Shown in pieces: positions 41,197 through 55,464 of a DNA stretch of 64,000 nt (within the stretch, counting starts at the first letter, position 1; the number at the start of each line of letters is the position of its first letter). Both the position numbers and the translations under genes were made by a program. Source of the DNA: the human T2T-CHM13v2.0 reference genome, Homo sapiens; NCBI RefSeq assembly GCF_009914755.1, contig NC_060930.1; one strand, written 5' to 3'. The notes beneath the pieces are model-generated. The model was not told the DNA's origin and made no database searches. It saw nothing but the letters and a program-made list of their open reading frames with translations.

Positions 41197-41692
41197 TTTA
41201 TTTATTTATTTATTTATTTTTTGAGACGGAGTCTCGCTCTCTTGCCCAGGCTGGAGTGCAGTGGCACGATCTCAGCTCACTGCAAGCTCCGCCTCCCGGG
41301 TTCAGGCCATTTCCTGCCTCAGCCTCCCTAGTAGCTGGGACTACGGGCGCCTGCCACCACGCCCAGCTAATTTTTTGTTTTTTCTTTTCTTTTTTTTTTT
41401 TTTTTTTTTTTGAGACCGGAGTCTTGCTCTGTCATCCAGGCTGGAGTGTAGTGGCGCAATCTCGGATCACTACAAGCTCCGCCTCCTGGGTTCAGGCCAT
41501 TCTCCTGCCTCAGTCCCCAGAATAGCTGGGACTACAGGTGCGGCCACCACGCCCGGCTAATTTTTTGTATTTTTAGTGGAGACGGGGTTTCACCGTGTTA
41601 GCCGTGATGGTCTCCATCTCCTGACCTCGTGATCCGCCTGCCTCGGCCTCCCAAAGTGCCGGGATTACAGGCATGAGCCACCGCGCCCGGCC
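41197..41692 (-). mobile_element. AluY with an extra right arm (trimer)
   Basis: CpG-rich AluY dimer at about 41375-41692 plus a second right arm at 41197-41375. Confidence 0.93.
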
Positions 41693-43506
41693 CATAAATT
41701 TTTATATATTTCAACCAAAATTAGAAAAACAGAATAATAATAGTGAAAGAACCAGAAAGTGACAATCTTCACCAAACGTTCAGTCTCAAATGGTATGGGC
41801 AAAAGCACACCATGCACACAGAAGAAAGGGCAGACTGAGATGAATGTGGGTCATTAGGGTTCAAGAAGTGTTATGGAAATGAAGGGAGTAAAGAAAAGAA
41901 GAACATCAATCCAGGATACAAAACCCATGGATAACTTCAGACAATGCATTTTTACAGCTGTGAATATTTTAATATGATAGCTAAGTAAAGCAAACATATT
42001 AAAGAAAGTTGAAGAGAGGAGTTACAAAAGAAGTATTGTCTAGAGGAGTCAGAGGGAAATATAATTTGATAGAGAAAAGAAGACAATGGCATTAATAAGC
42101 ACTTAGTATATATGAGAAAGTTGCTAGAGAGGATGGTGGGCAGAGGAGAAGGATTCTCTGGGTTCAATATGAAATTTCTCCACTTATAAATTATTTCACC
42201 TTAGGGAAGTTATTCATTTTTAATATGCTCACAAATAAACAGGATAATAATTTGTTTTCATATTATTTCTTTCAGAGGGAGTAAACAGAGATCCTTTTAA
42301 TAATTATGATGTGACAACAGGTGCAAAACTTAGACAAACTAAGGTATCTGATCACCATATTTACTAGGCAAAATATTGAGGTTAAAAGAATTTGTGCTTT
42401 GTTTTTTCTTTTCAGTTTTCAACGTTCTCATCCCAGTAGATAACAAAAGGTCTGTGACAAGATGGGACATAGCAATTCTGTCTCTGTGATCTGCCCATCA
42501 GGAAAAGAGCTCTTAATAATCCAGGCTAACCTTTTCTGCAGTTAAATGTACCCAGTTTCCTCCTTCAGTGGTATGATCTTAGACATCAGCTTTCTTTGAG
42601 GGAAATCTTCATAGAGACATTGAGAGAAATCTTTACAATCTAAAATTACATAATGGAATAGGTCTGTGGTTATAGTTCAGTTTTAACTAGGGACATACAA
42701 GTCATAATGTCTTAACTTCAAATATCGAAAATCCATAAGAATTTAAGGTATGAGAACTGAAGGACAGAAAAGGCAGTCTTATTTGTGCTATGAGATGTTC
42801 TTAAATCCCTCACATAATTGCACCAGGAAGTATACTTTCTTTCTTCATTTATCTCTTAAAGCTCGGTCTTAAGACGAAGGGGCTAAAGGCCTGAGTTTCA
42901 ATTTATATTTGTTTCATAATAGCAGTGACCCCTCAAGAAATGGCCACTAAACTGTGGGAAACGATGAATTCCTACACAGTAAAATAGATTATTTTCTTAA
43001 AAATGGCACAAGGTTTTATGAGAATTACAGCAGAAACATTGCTTAGCATCATGCATGGCATGTACTAAATATTCAGTCTATGCTACTTAGGTATCCTTGA
43101 TGTTATAATATGAAATTGTGGATATTTGTAAATATGCAGTCTCCTAATACATAGTTGTAAAAATGTGTGAAGGGGTCCAGTGAGCAATTAATAGATTCTT
43201 AAATAATATTCCATTCTTACCCTTCATGATTTGTATGGAAGATTTAGAGAATGAAACAAAACTCTGGGATCTGTACCTTTTAACTGAAACAACCACCAGA
43301 TCTAAATTTACATAACCATGATAAATAAATCTCTAAATAAGATAAGTATGGATAAACTTTGTAAACTTTCTCTTTTTAAGATACAAACAACAATAATAGT
43401 GTGGGTTATTTCTTCATAAATCATATACACTCCTAGTTATTTGTGTCAAACTTCTCTCTTGTGCCTGATGGTTTCCAATTCAAAACATGGTAATATTTTT
43501 CCAGTA

Positions 43507-44579
43507 TTCAAAGGAAGTTCTGATTTGTCAGTACATAGAACTTACCATCTCCAGGCATACGTATTGATGGAATGTAAGTTAACAATTCAAATCTTTTTTT
43601 TTTTTTACATTGGGTGGTAATTTAGATTTATGTTTCTTTAAAACTAAGTCATTGGTGTCATGTTCATTTCCCTATAGCTAAGATTCCATCATACTAAACC
43701 AGAAAGAAATAGTATGTGTGTACAAAAATGTAAGAAATCAGTACTCCAAGCTATATAATAGGTTGTCAAACATTATTCTCATAAAATATCTATAGACACA
43801 TTGGCCAATATTTACTTATTTTTTATAGTAATGTAGAAGCAATAGTAGTTAAAAACAGGGACTTTGGAGCCAGAATAATCTGTATTGGCTCCCATCTCCA
43901 TTTCTTATTTGCTTTGTTCTCTAACAAGTCTCAAAATTTCTTGTCTCAGTTTTCTCAGTTTTAAAATGGGGATAATTATACATATGCTTTACATAGCATA
44001 TTTAAATTACTAATTACTGTAGTAATTAAATGTTAGCATAACTAAAGTTTATACCTGTCGGGTAGTAAATATTATGTGGTTGTACTAAATAGTAAGCTGT
44101 GGTTGTCAATTCTAATATTCTTAATAGTACACACTTCATTGTGTTCTACAGATATTGATTAAATATAATTTTTGAGAAATTTAAATTTTGACTTTTCTCT
44201 AACATATTAAAATATTCTAAAATATAGAATTGCTGGGTTCATGAGACTATAGAAACCATATGTGAAAATAAAGTAATATCAGCATCCTATAGACATCTTC
44301 TAGAATCATAGAATAAAAAAGGTTCTTTATCTGTTATTTGTATTTCATTTTATTAAGCTAAGAAAGATTAAGGATAAATACTCTTGAAAAATACATAAAA
44401 ATAATAAAAATTAAAAATAAATAAAAAATACATAAAAAATATAAAAAATAGAAACGTAAATCTACATTGCCACCCAATGTAAAAAAAAAAAAGATTTGAA
44501 TTGTTAACTTAAATTCCATCAATACATATGCCTGGAGATGGTAAGTTCTAGGTACTAACAAATCAGAACTTCCTTTGAA
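43507..44579. repeat. About 130-bp inverted duplication (43507-43637 / 44450-44579)
   Basis: Arms are reverse complements with 7 substitutions and one homopolymer indel by manual count. Confidence 0.95.
43840..44090 (-). mobile_element. MIR
   Basis: ggactttggagccaga...tgtctcagttttctcagttttaaaatggggataat. Confidence 0.75.
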
Positions 44580-44639
44580 GAGATTTATTAAGAGATTTGA
44601 TGAAAGTGATTTTAAAAATGCAAACACAGAATTAATCTC

Positions 44640-45340
44640 TTGCTCTGACTACTGCCCTATCTCCTAATTTGTTGTTCTACTTCTGTTCTTGCTCTTACTT
44701 ATTCTATTTTTCCCACAGTAGCCAGAGCAATTTTTGTAAAACATGAAACTGATTATGTGACTGTTCTGCTAAAACTCTTCAAATTCTTCCACTGTGCTTA
44801 AAATACAACTAAATTCCTCACCTTTGTTTACAAAACTCATGTAATCTGTTCCTTGCCTAATGCTCTCACTTAAATTCATACCATTATCTTTCTCACTTAT
44901 TTGGCTTCACCCATAACTTTCTATTTCTGGAACACATTTATGTTCATTTCCAGCAAAGACACTTTGTAATTGCCATTTCCTCTGACTGGTAAGCATTGGA
45001 TCTAGATTTTAGCACCATTACCATATTCTTATGATTCAGATCTTAACTTAGTGACGCCTCTTTTCAGAGGACTTTCCCAACTACCAAATCAATTGTTGTT
45101 TAAATTCCATTCTTATCACGAATACCCTTATTAATTGTCAGTCACATTACTCTTGTAGCATATTAACATGATTGTTCTCAGAAATTATCTGTTCATTCAT
45201 CTACCTCTTGATTGCAAGATTGCAAGCTCCTTGAGACCAAAGATTTTGCTGGCATTTTCCACTGGTACATTTTTCCCACCCAGAACAATATTTCCTAAAT
45301 TACAGTATCACAATACATATTTGTGTAAGCAATGAATAAA
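44640..45340 (+). mobile_element. L2 3' fragment
   Basis: cacagtagccagagcaa...ctgctaaaactcttcaaa...agattgcaagctccttgag...atgaat end. Confidence 0.8.
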
Positions 45341-45901
45341 AGGACATAAATCAAAAGAGAAGCTTGTTGATATGCTAATATGAAGATGCTGATGTTCAAA
45401 CAGAATTTTATCAGTAAATTTGGAATAAAAAGTGTTGGAAAAGATATTCAATGGTAATGGGGTGAGTGGTTGATATGTATTGTACAACAGCAACTGAGAA
45501 ACATTAAGTGTGAATAGAAATATCAGCAAATGCACCATTGAAGTAGTATCAGTAGTACACAAAGCCAATTCATCACGAAATAGTTTACACTCTAACTCTT
45601 CCATAAGTTTCATATTTGGCTCTTTCTTTAGATCCCCTTTGCCCACTTTATTTTGGGCTATCATATTTCTTCCTGTTTTCTAATTAGGTGTTGTCTTTAT
45701 ACTGTGAATCTTAGTCTTACTTGAATCAATGATTAGTAGAAATCACTGTTGTGACTAACATGCTTCTTCACATATGTGTTTAAAAGTACCCTAAAATCAA
45801 TTCATTTAAAGTGAAAGCCTGACTGTTTTTTAAAATATCTTTCAATACTACTTCATTATCACATTAAATAGGCAATAACCTTGCACCTCATTATTTTATA
45901 T

Positions 45902-46115
45902 TGGGTCTTGGCTAACTGTGGCTCTTGGACTAAATCCAGCTGGCCAGCTGTTTTTGTAAACATGATTTTATTGAATCACAGCCACACCTATTTATTTATT
46001 GTCTATGACTGCTTTCACTCTACAATGACAGGATCATTGCAACAGAGACTGTACAGCCAACAAAACAAAAAAATATGTATTATCTGCCCTTTATCAGAAA
46101 GCTTCCTTGTCCCTA
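45902..46115 (+). mobile_element. MER58A
   Basis: ctgtttttgtaaacatgattttattgaatcacagccacacc...tgtctatgactgctttc. Confidence 0.8.
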
Positions 46116-47809
46116 CTTTAAACCACTGTTTTACAGAGATTAAAAACTATATAAAATTCAAATCATTTTCTTCCATCAGCTTTACTGAGTCATATCTGTC
46201 TCTCTCCCTTTCCATACAATATAAAGATTACCTTTCAAGATCTCTTATTAGCCTTTAAACATTGAAGACATTGGCAAACAGACACTACTTTGTTTTCACT
46301 AGTTTCTTAATAAAACTGTTAATTGACAAGTTACCTTATTTAGCAGGAAGCCAATAAACCACAGTGTAAATCAGTAGATTACGCTGCTTTAAGCTTTTGA
46401 AAAAATGATTAGTCTCACTAAAGGGTTGGGCAATTACTGCCACTGCTAACTAATTTTGTACCTGGAAATAAAGATCTGCAATTTGTTGCCCATAGCTATA
46501 GCACACAGCCTGTTGACTTAGTACCTATACAGTTATAAACTATGGATTCTAAGAAAATTTAAATGTATGATGTTTATTTAAGTATATATGGTTATGATGT
46601 TATCTAAAGTACATTTATTATGAATTTCTTGGTATATAATCATTCATGCAGATAGGAGGATCTCTCATTTTGCAATAAAACTTTTAATTTTGACCCACAC
46701 AAGGTAAAGAGATGCTCTTGAGGTACCTGCTTCTAAACTACAGGCGATGAATGTGTGTGTGGACTCATTGGTGAATCCTCATATATAAACAAAGTAGATG
46801 ATATATTCATGCTAAAAGGAATCTGACTTGGAGCGAAGGCCCTTTTCTAGAGGCATAAGATTTAGTCATACAAAAACACTTAAATAATTTTAAAGGCATC
46901 AGACTCTCTGTACAGTAGGGATTATAAAAGACTGAAATTTCCCTTTTGTAATAGGGTTTCTGGCCTCTCTGGCCCTCCAGAAATATTAGGTATAGCTTAA
47001 AATCAGAGAAAAATAATACCAATTGCCAGAGAATGCTTTGTCCTTCATGATGTCAATAGCTGTCCCTCACTGGTTGCTCTGATCTCTTCTTTCTGTCAGC
47101 TTCTCTTCACCTATACACAGACAACTATGATTTGCAGGCCAGAAATGTAAGAGCTATGCATATTGGTGCCACATTAAATCCATGGTCATCACCATTAAAT
47201 GAGTCCTTAATATAGCAAGACCACCTTGTTTCATTTTTTCTGTAAACTCCTGTTTCCCTCATTACTATCATTGTGTAAAAACTGTGTGTCAAATAGAGTT
47301 ATTAACACCCGCACAGTTGGACATATGCGAGTTAACTATGGCTTTGTCACACAGGAATGGCATGATCTGGAAAAAATGGGTTAAACTCTCCATCTCTTAG
47401 TTTTTTCTCCTGTAAAATGATGACAATAATGTTTATAACATATACTTGTGATAGCATTAATGGTACATAGCATATAGTTAGTCCTAATAAAAATGATTTA
47501 TTGTCTCCATCATGCCTCTCTGACTCCTCCTCCTCCTCATCGTTTTTGAACATGTAACCCATATGCTACTCTTTCACCTGAGAAATTAGAACAAATACAA
47601 CAAGATTAACCCTGCACCTTTCTGTTTCTCCTTTTATCATCTTTCAATGGAGGACTTGGCTTCTTTCTAAGGGCCATTTCTCTCTGTCCTCTAGTTTAGA
47701 TGCCTTCTAATTGAATGCTATTTACTGTTCAACTACTTGTTATTTTCTTAACATTTCCTTGTAATATAAACACTCTCTCATTAAAAGTCAATTATGGAAC
47801 CAAAGAACT

Positions 47810-48032
47810 TCTGTTGCATATCTCCTTTTGCATGGATGGACCTTTTGGTTTCCCTTATCTCTTTGGGTTTAGGGGTGGTAAGGGATTCCCATTGTTGCTA
47901 GGCATGAGGTATTTCAACATTCTGTTAAGGTTTCCTCACTCTGTTCACACTTCTGTAAATAGTTATTTCATTGAAATATCATATTAAACTCTGTGTGTGC
48001 TACTGTTCTGTGCCAGGACCATGACTGATACA
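47810..48032 (+). mobile_element. ERVL LTR 3' fragment (LTR33-like)
   Basis: cacacttctgtaaatagttatttcatt...tgccaggaccatgactgataca. Confidence 0.55.
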
Positions 48033-50288
48033 GATGCCTATGATCTTTATGGAGTCAGTAGAAGTGTTAGTCTAAGTTTCTGGGTTAATCATCCAAACTC
48101 TATTAATAGCTTATTACATGCCAGATACTGAGAAATTTGAACAATTGATAATGAATGCTAACTTAAGACTAATAAGATCAAACAATCAGACCTTATTTCA
48201 AGAAAAAAGCCCTGCTACTTACCTTAGGAACTAATTTCTCTTCTTTTCCAAAATATATGCCATTTCAAATGATCAGTTTACCCTCGACACTAGAATATTT
48301 TCTCTTCATCATTCCATATTTAAAAACATTTATTTAACATAAAAAGAGCAAGTTAATTACAATCCTTGTTTCCTTGGCCACAGTTATAGCTATCTCACAG
48401 AGGAGAAAACACATTTTATATGAATGGCACCTATATTTCTTTTCACCGAGACACATTTAACAACCCATCTTTTAAAGCACAAAGAAAGGAGAAAACCTTC
48501 AGAAATATGTCTTTTCAAATGTTGTTAAACATTGATTTGTCTGATTATTATAACTTGAGATAGTCCTTATTGTAGTAATTGAATACTTAAAATTTAAGAA
48601 TTTATGCCATGTTATATGTTAATTTTATGCATCCACTTTCTATTTCTCCTGTTCCAGCCTCCCACATCCTAGGACATCTGTGAAGATAACAAAATTGCAA
48701 ATGCCAGATGGTAGTATGATCATTAAATTAAAATCAGTTCCACTCTTGTTTCAATCATGAAACAGAACGATCAAATTTGTAAATGTTTCTATTTTGGATA
48801 TTATTTTATTTTACATGAAAACAAAGAGATGTACTTTAAAAACATTACATTGGTAAATTACAGTATTTTTTTCTCTACTAATCTTATTTTGTAAGGTTCT
48901 AAAATTTGGTTGACTAACACTTGTGTTCTGCAAATTAGTTTACCTAAAAAGAGGAATAAATAATAATAAACTTTGAACAAAAAAAACTAATATAAAATAC
49001 TGTTATATTTCACATAACTAATGGAAAAAAAATTCTGACAGGCTTTCTTGACACAATAATATTAGGAATAAATTTTGTTCCTTGTTGCAGGGTGAAGTAA
49101 GGAAGATGGTTGAATAAGTACCAAACCCTCCTCTGAAAGGGACACCAACTCAACAATATGCAAAACATTCTCCTTTGTGAGAAACCCAGAGACCAGCCAA
49201 GAGACTCCTATAGCCCAAGTGAGTATCATGCCAGCCACACTGAAGTTGATGGGAAAATTTGTGGCACCCACTTGCCAAAGCCCTGCCCTTAGCTCAGAAA
49301 TGTGCAATCAGAAGGAAGATCCTAACTCCTCACTTCTCCCTGGGGAGGAAATAGAAGACTGGAACATATGTCTAATGTTCAGATTTGGAGGGAACTAGCT
49401 AAGAGACTGATTTCTTCCCTATTTGAATCTAAGTGCTGACAGGAAAGGGTGTCAGATAAGAAACCAGTGGAAACAGAGGCAGCCCTTTGAACTAGCACAC
49501 ACTCAGTTACCATCATCTTTCTCCCCAGCTCAGCATAACAGTTTCACCTGACTTGGCATACTGACAGGAATTTGAATGCTCTAGATGCTTGAGGATACTG
49601 AAAACAAACATAAGAGCTCCAGAGGACCTACAGTATAGCAGACAGAAGCTGATTCAACTTGACAGTTTGTCCCTCAGGGGGAAAAGAGAAGAATAAAAGG
49701 TGTGTCAAATATTCTGACTTTCGGGAGGAGCTGCCTGAAAAACTGGTTGTTTACTTGCTAGTCTCAGAGCACTAAAGGGAGCTGGCATACTCTAAATGCC
49801 TGAGGCCAATGAGGAGAAAAAGAAATGAGTGACTTACAGTAACATCAAAGGATCTTCATTAGTGGAGACAGACACCATAAGAAGGAGGAAATTTCAGCTT
49901 CTAAAAAAGGAAACCAGTAAAATCTCCCTAATTAGGAATTTACAAATTCACAGAAAACATTTGAGAGACCCGCAAAATATGTAGCTGGGTCATTTCAAGA
50001 AAAACTTTCCCTGTTTGGAGCTGGTCCACAAATACTGGGAGAGGGGGCTACTTTTCAAATGCATAGATCCCAACAAAAAGTAACAAGGCACATGAAGAAA
50101 CTGTTGTAACCAACAGTTGGGCACATGAGCCAAGCAAAGTATCAAAAAACTATCTCCAGAAATAAGTCCTAAAGAAATGGAGATATATGAATTACTCAAC
50201 AAAAAATTCAAAATTAACCATTGTAAAGATGCTCAATGAATACAGAAAATAAATACATAAAATGACAACATCAACAAAGACAGAAAAT

Positions 50289-50673
50289 TTTCATGCGAGT
50301 CCATGTGAAGAGACCACCAAACAGGCTTTGTGTGGCAATAAAGCTTTTTAATCACCTGGGTGCAGGCGGGCTGAGTCCAAAAAGAGAGTCAGCGAAGGGA
50401 GATGGGGTGTGGCCATTTTATAGGATTTGGGTGGGTAGTGGAAAATTACAGTCAAAGGGGGTTGCTCTCTGGCAGCAGGGGCAGGGGTCACAAGGTGCTC
50501 AGTGGGGAGCTTCTGAGCCAGGAGAAGGAATTTCACAAGGTAATGTCATCAGTTAAGGCAGGAACCACCCACTTTCACTTCTTTTGTGATTCTTCAGTTG
50601 CTTCAGGCTGTCTGGATGTATACGTGCAGGTCACAGGGGATATGATGGCTTAGCTCGGATCAGAGGCCTGACA
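50289..50673 (-). mobile_element. LTR7 (HERV-H 3' LTR)
   Basis: tttcatgcgagtccatgtgaagagaccaccaaacaggc ... cagaggcctgaca, followed by the antisense polypurine tract. Confidence 0.95.
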
Positions 50674-51488
50674 TTCCTGTCTTTTATATTAATAAGAAAA
50701 ATAAAACAAAATAGTGTTGAAGTGTTGGAGTGGCGAAAATTTTGGGAGGTGGTATGGAGAGATAATGGGCGATGTTTCTCAGGGCTGCTGTCAGTGGGAT
50801 TGGGGCAGCGTGGGAACGTAGAGTGGGAGAGATTAAGCCGAAGGAAGATTTTGTGGTAAGAGGCAATATTGTGGGGTTGTTAAAAGAAGCATTTGTCATA
50901 TACAATGATTGGTGATGGCCTAGATGTGGTTTTGTATGAACTGAGAAACTAAACAGAAGATACAAGGTCTGAATAAGAGAAAGAGAAAAACAGGTATTTA
51001 AGGACTAAGAATTGGGAGGACCCAGGACATACACTTAGAGAGTGGCCAAGGGGGTTCAGTGTAAGTTTTTGGGCTCTATCCTTGTCAGAGTTCTCCTTTT
51101 TAAGTTGGAGGCTGAGCTTGATGAGGCGTGTTTTTAAAAGACCATTAGTCCATTCTACGTTTCCTGAAGATTGAGGACAGTAAGGTGTATGAAAGTTCCA
51201 CTGAATACCAAGAGCCTGAGAAACTGCTTGGGTGATTTGATTAATAAAGGCCGGTCTGTTACTGGACTGTATAGAGGTGGGAAGACCAAACTGAGGTATT
51301 ATGTCTTACAGAAGGGAAGATATAACCGCGGTGGCCTTTTCAGACCCTGTGGGAAAGGCCTCTACCCATACAGTGAAAGTGTCTAACTAGACCAAGAGGC
51401 ATTTTAGTTTCCTGATATGAGTAAAGTCAATTTGCCAGTCCTGGGCAGGGGCAAATCCCCAAGCTTGATGTGTAGGGAAGGGAGGGGG
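50674..51488 (-). mobile_element. HERV-H internal 3' fragment (integrase remnant, env deleted)
   Basis: Minus strand near 51418-51488 translates PPFPTHQAWGFAPAQDWQIDFTH; HERV-H 3' internal sequence adjoins the LTR. Confidence 0.9.
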
Positions 51489-51910
51489 TGCAAAACTAAT
51501 AAAAATAAACACACAGAAATTTTGAAACTAAAGAATAAAATTATATAATTAAATAATTCTCTAGAAGAACTCAAAAGCAGGCTTAATTGTGCAGAAGAAA
51601 AACAGTGAACTTTTGAAATGACAAGCAAAAAGAAAAAGAATGAAGAGTGAAGAAAGCCTAAAAGACTGATGTGACTCCATCAAGGGAACAAATACACATT
51701 ATGAGAGTTTTAGAAGGGGAAGAGTTAAAGATGTAAAACTCTTGTTGGAGGAAATAATGGCAGAAAACTTCCCAAATTGGGGCAAGGAAATGAACAACCA
51801 CGTTGAAGAAGTCCAGTGGCATAAACTCAAAGAAGACAACAATAAGACACAATGTAATCACATTGTCAGAAATAAAAGACAAAGAGAGGATTTTAAAAGC
51901 CAGCACAATA

Positions 51911-52000
51911 TTGCAGTGAGGCGAGATCACACCACTGTATTCCAGCCTGAGTGACAGAGCGAGACTCCGTCTCAAAAAAAAAAAAAAAAAAAAAAAAAAA
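51911..52000 (+). mobile_element. Severely 5'-truncated Alu
   Basis: Last 63 nt of Alu plus A27; TSD cagcacaata at 51901-51910 and 52002-52011. Confidence 0.93.
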
Positions 52001-55000
52001 GCAGCACAATAAAAGTGATTCATTATATACAAGAAATCCTCCATAAAACTAACACAGGATTCCTCAGCAGAAATATTGAAGGCCAGAAGGACTAGAATGA
52101 CATATTCAAAGTGCTGAAATAAATAAAATTGCCAACCAAGATTACTATATGGAACAAATCTGTCCTTCAAAAATGAAAAAGAAATAAAGACATTTCCAGA
52201 TTAACAAAAGTTGAGGTAGTTTATAATTATACTTGCCTTACAAAAAATACTAAAGGGAGTCCTTCAATTGTAAACAAAAGAATGCTAGATAGCAACAAAA
52301 AAAACATATTAAAGTATACAGCTTGGTAGCAAAGGTAAATATTTAATGAATACAGAATCCTTCAATACTATAATGGTAGCATATGAATCACTTTTAGTTC
52401 TGGTGTATAATGAAAGTATTAGTATAAAAATACAACTAAAATAAATTTATACACAATATAAGAAAGTATAATTGTGACATCAGTAACAGAAAGTGTATGT
52501 GTGGAGGAGGAAGTAAATATGTAAAGTTTTTTGTATGCAATTGAAATTATGTGTTATCAGCTTAAAATAGATTGTTATAATTATAAGACGTTTTATGGAA
52601 GCCCCATGGTAACTGCAAAGAAAATATCTATAAGAGATATGCAAAAGAAAATAAGAAAGCAATTAAACACTGACAGTATAAAAGTCAATGGGAAGAAAAG
52701 ACTGCAAGAGAGGAAAAGAGGAACAAGAAAAGCTACAAGATAGACAGAAAACAATGAATAATATGGCAATAATAAGTCTTTATCAATAAATATTTTAAAT
52801 ATAAACAAATTAAAATCCCCAATAAAAAGATACAGAGTAGCTAAACAGATTAAGATAAAAACCAAAACCATGATTTAACTATAAGCACCCTACAAGAGAC
52901 TCACTTTAGCTTTAAGGATGCACATAGGTTGAAAATGAAAGGATGAAAAAAAGATATTATGTGTAAGTGGTTAGCAAAAGAAGGCAGAGGTAGCCATATT
53001 TGTATCAGACAAAATATAATTTAAGTCAAAATCTGTCATAAAACAAAAATAACATCTTAGAATTATAAAAGGGTGAAGTCACTAGGAATGTATACCAAAT
53101 ATATATGCACATAGCACCCAAATATGTAAAGTAAAATAGGCAGAACTGGAGTGAGATAGAGAGTAACATGATGATAGCAGGAAATCCCACACTCCCCTTT
53201 TAATTATGGATAGAAAACCAGATAGTTGACCAATAAGGAATAAGAGAGCTTGAACAACACTATAGTCTGATTGAACCCAACTGATACATAGAATCAGTCT
53301 ACACAAAACCAGTAGAATAAACATTCTTCTCAAGTGTACATATTCTTCTCCAGGTAAGAATACATTGTAGGTTGCAACACAATCTTAAGAAATTTAAAAC
53401 GATTGAAATCACACCAAGTATCTTTCTTGCACACAACTGAATAAAAATAGAAATCAATACAAGAAGGAGAAGTGGAAAATTTACAATTATATGAAAACTA
53501 ACACACTACCAATGGATCAAAGACAAAATCGAGGGAAATTAGAATATGTACTGACACAAACAAAAATGAAAACCTAACATACCAAAATTTATGAGCTGTA
53601 GCAAAAGCAGCACTAGGAAAGAACTTCATCGTGATAAACACCTACATTATAAAGAAAAGGTATCTCAAATAAACAACCTAACTTTATACCATAAGAAACT
53701 AGAAAAAGAAGAACAAAATAAGCCCAAAGTTAGCAGAAGGAAGGAATTTTAATGATTAGAGCAGAAACAAATAGAAAATAGAAAAACAATTTTAAAAATC
53801 AACAAAAATAAGAATTGGTTTATTGAAATATCAACAAAATTGACAAAACCTCAGCTAGACTAAGACAAAAAGAGAGAGTATTGAAATAAAATTATAAATT
53901 GAGACATTACAACTGATGCCACAGAAATTAAGATTATAAAAGAGTATTACAAAAATTATACGTCTACAAATTGAATAACGTCAAAGAAATGGATCAATTC
54001 CCAGACACATACAACCTACTAAGACTAAATCATGAAGAAATAGAAAGTGTTAACAGGCATATATCTAGTAAGAAAATTGAATCAATAAGCAAAAACCTCT
54101 CAACAGAAATAAAGTCTAGGACTAGATGGCTTAACTGGTGAATTCTACCAAATATGTAGAGAGGAATTAATGTCAATCTTTTTCCACTTGCTAAAATATT
54201 GAAGAGGAGACAATACTTCCAACATCATTTTATGAGGCCAGCCTTATTCTGAGATTAAAGCTAGATTAAAAACACTAGAAAAAAATTGCATACCAATATT
54301 CCAGATGAATACAGATGTAAAAATCCTCTGAAATTTCCTAGCAAACCAAATTCAGTAGTATCTTAATAGAATCATATACCATGACCAAGTGGGATTTCTC
54401 TCAGGGATGAAGGGACTGTTCAACATAGGAAAATCTATCCATATGATACACCACATTTACAGAATTAAGAGTGAAAACCACCTGATCACCTTCATAGATG
54501 TAGAAAAAATTTGACAAAACTCAGCACTGATTATGATTAAAAAAATTAAAAAAACTAGAAATTGAAAAAAAAATCTCAACACGATGAAGGTAAAATATGT
54601 AAAGCCCATAGCTTTATCACAGTCATTGGTGAAAAAAAAAAAAAAAAAAAGAAAGAAAGCTTTTCTGGTAAGATCAGGGATAAGGCAAGAATGTGCACTC
54701 TTATCACTTCTATTCAACATAGTACCAGAAGTCCTAGCTAGAGAAATTAGGCAAGAGAAAGAAATAAAAGGCAACCAAATCAGAAAGGAAGAAATAAAAT
54801 CAATTATATTCACATAGGATATGACCTTACATGTAGAAAACACAATAGATCTCATATAAAAACTGTTAGAACTAGTAAATGAATTCGGAAAATTTCCGGG
54901 ATAAAAAATCAACATATAGAATCAGTTGTGTTTCTACACGTTAACAAAGAACAATTTTGAAAAATAAGTTAAAAACAATACCATTTACAATGACATCAAA

Positions 55001-55464
55001 AAGAAGAAAAAAATACTTGGGAATTATCTTAACCAAGGGAATAAATGACTATAAAACATTGATGAAAGAAATTAAAGGAGACACAAATAAATGGAAAGAT
55101 ATCCTGTATAAATATTGGAAGCCTTAATATTATTAAAATGTCATTACCACCCAAAGTGATCTATAGGGTTGAGGCAATCCCATCAAAATTCCAATGCCAT
55201 TTCATTTTTCAGAAATAGACAAAATAATCCTAAAATTCATAAAGAACCACAAAGGACCCCCAATAGCCAGACAGTCTCATGCAATAACAAAGCTAGAGGG
55301 CTAACTTCAAAACATACTACAAAGCTACAGTAAGCAAAATAACATGATACAGGCATAAAGGCAGACATATAAACCAATGAAACAAGTTTGAGGGTGCAGA
55401 AATAAGCCCATGCACATATAGTCAACTGATCTTCAACAATACACAATGTTGAAAGGATAGTATC

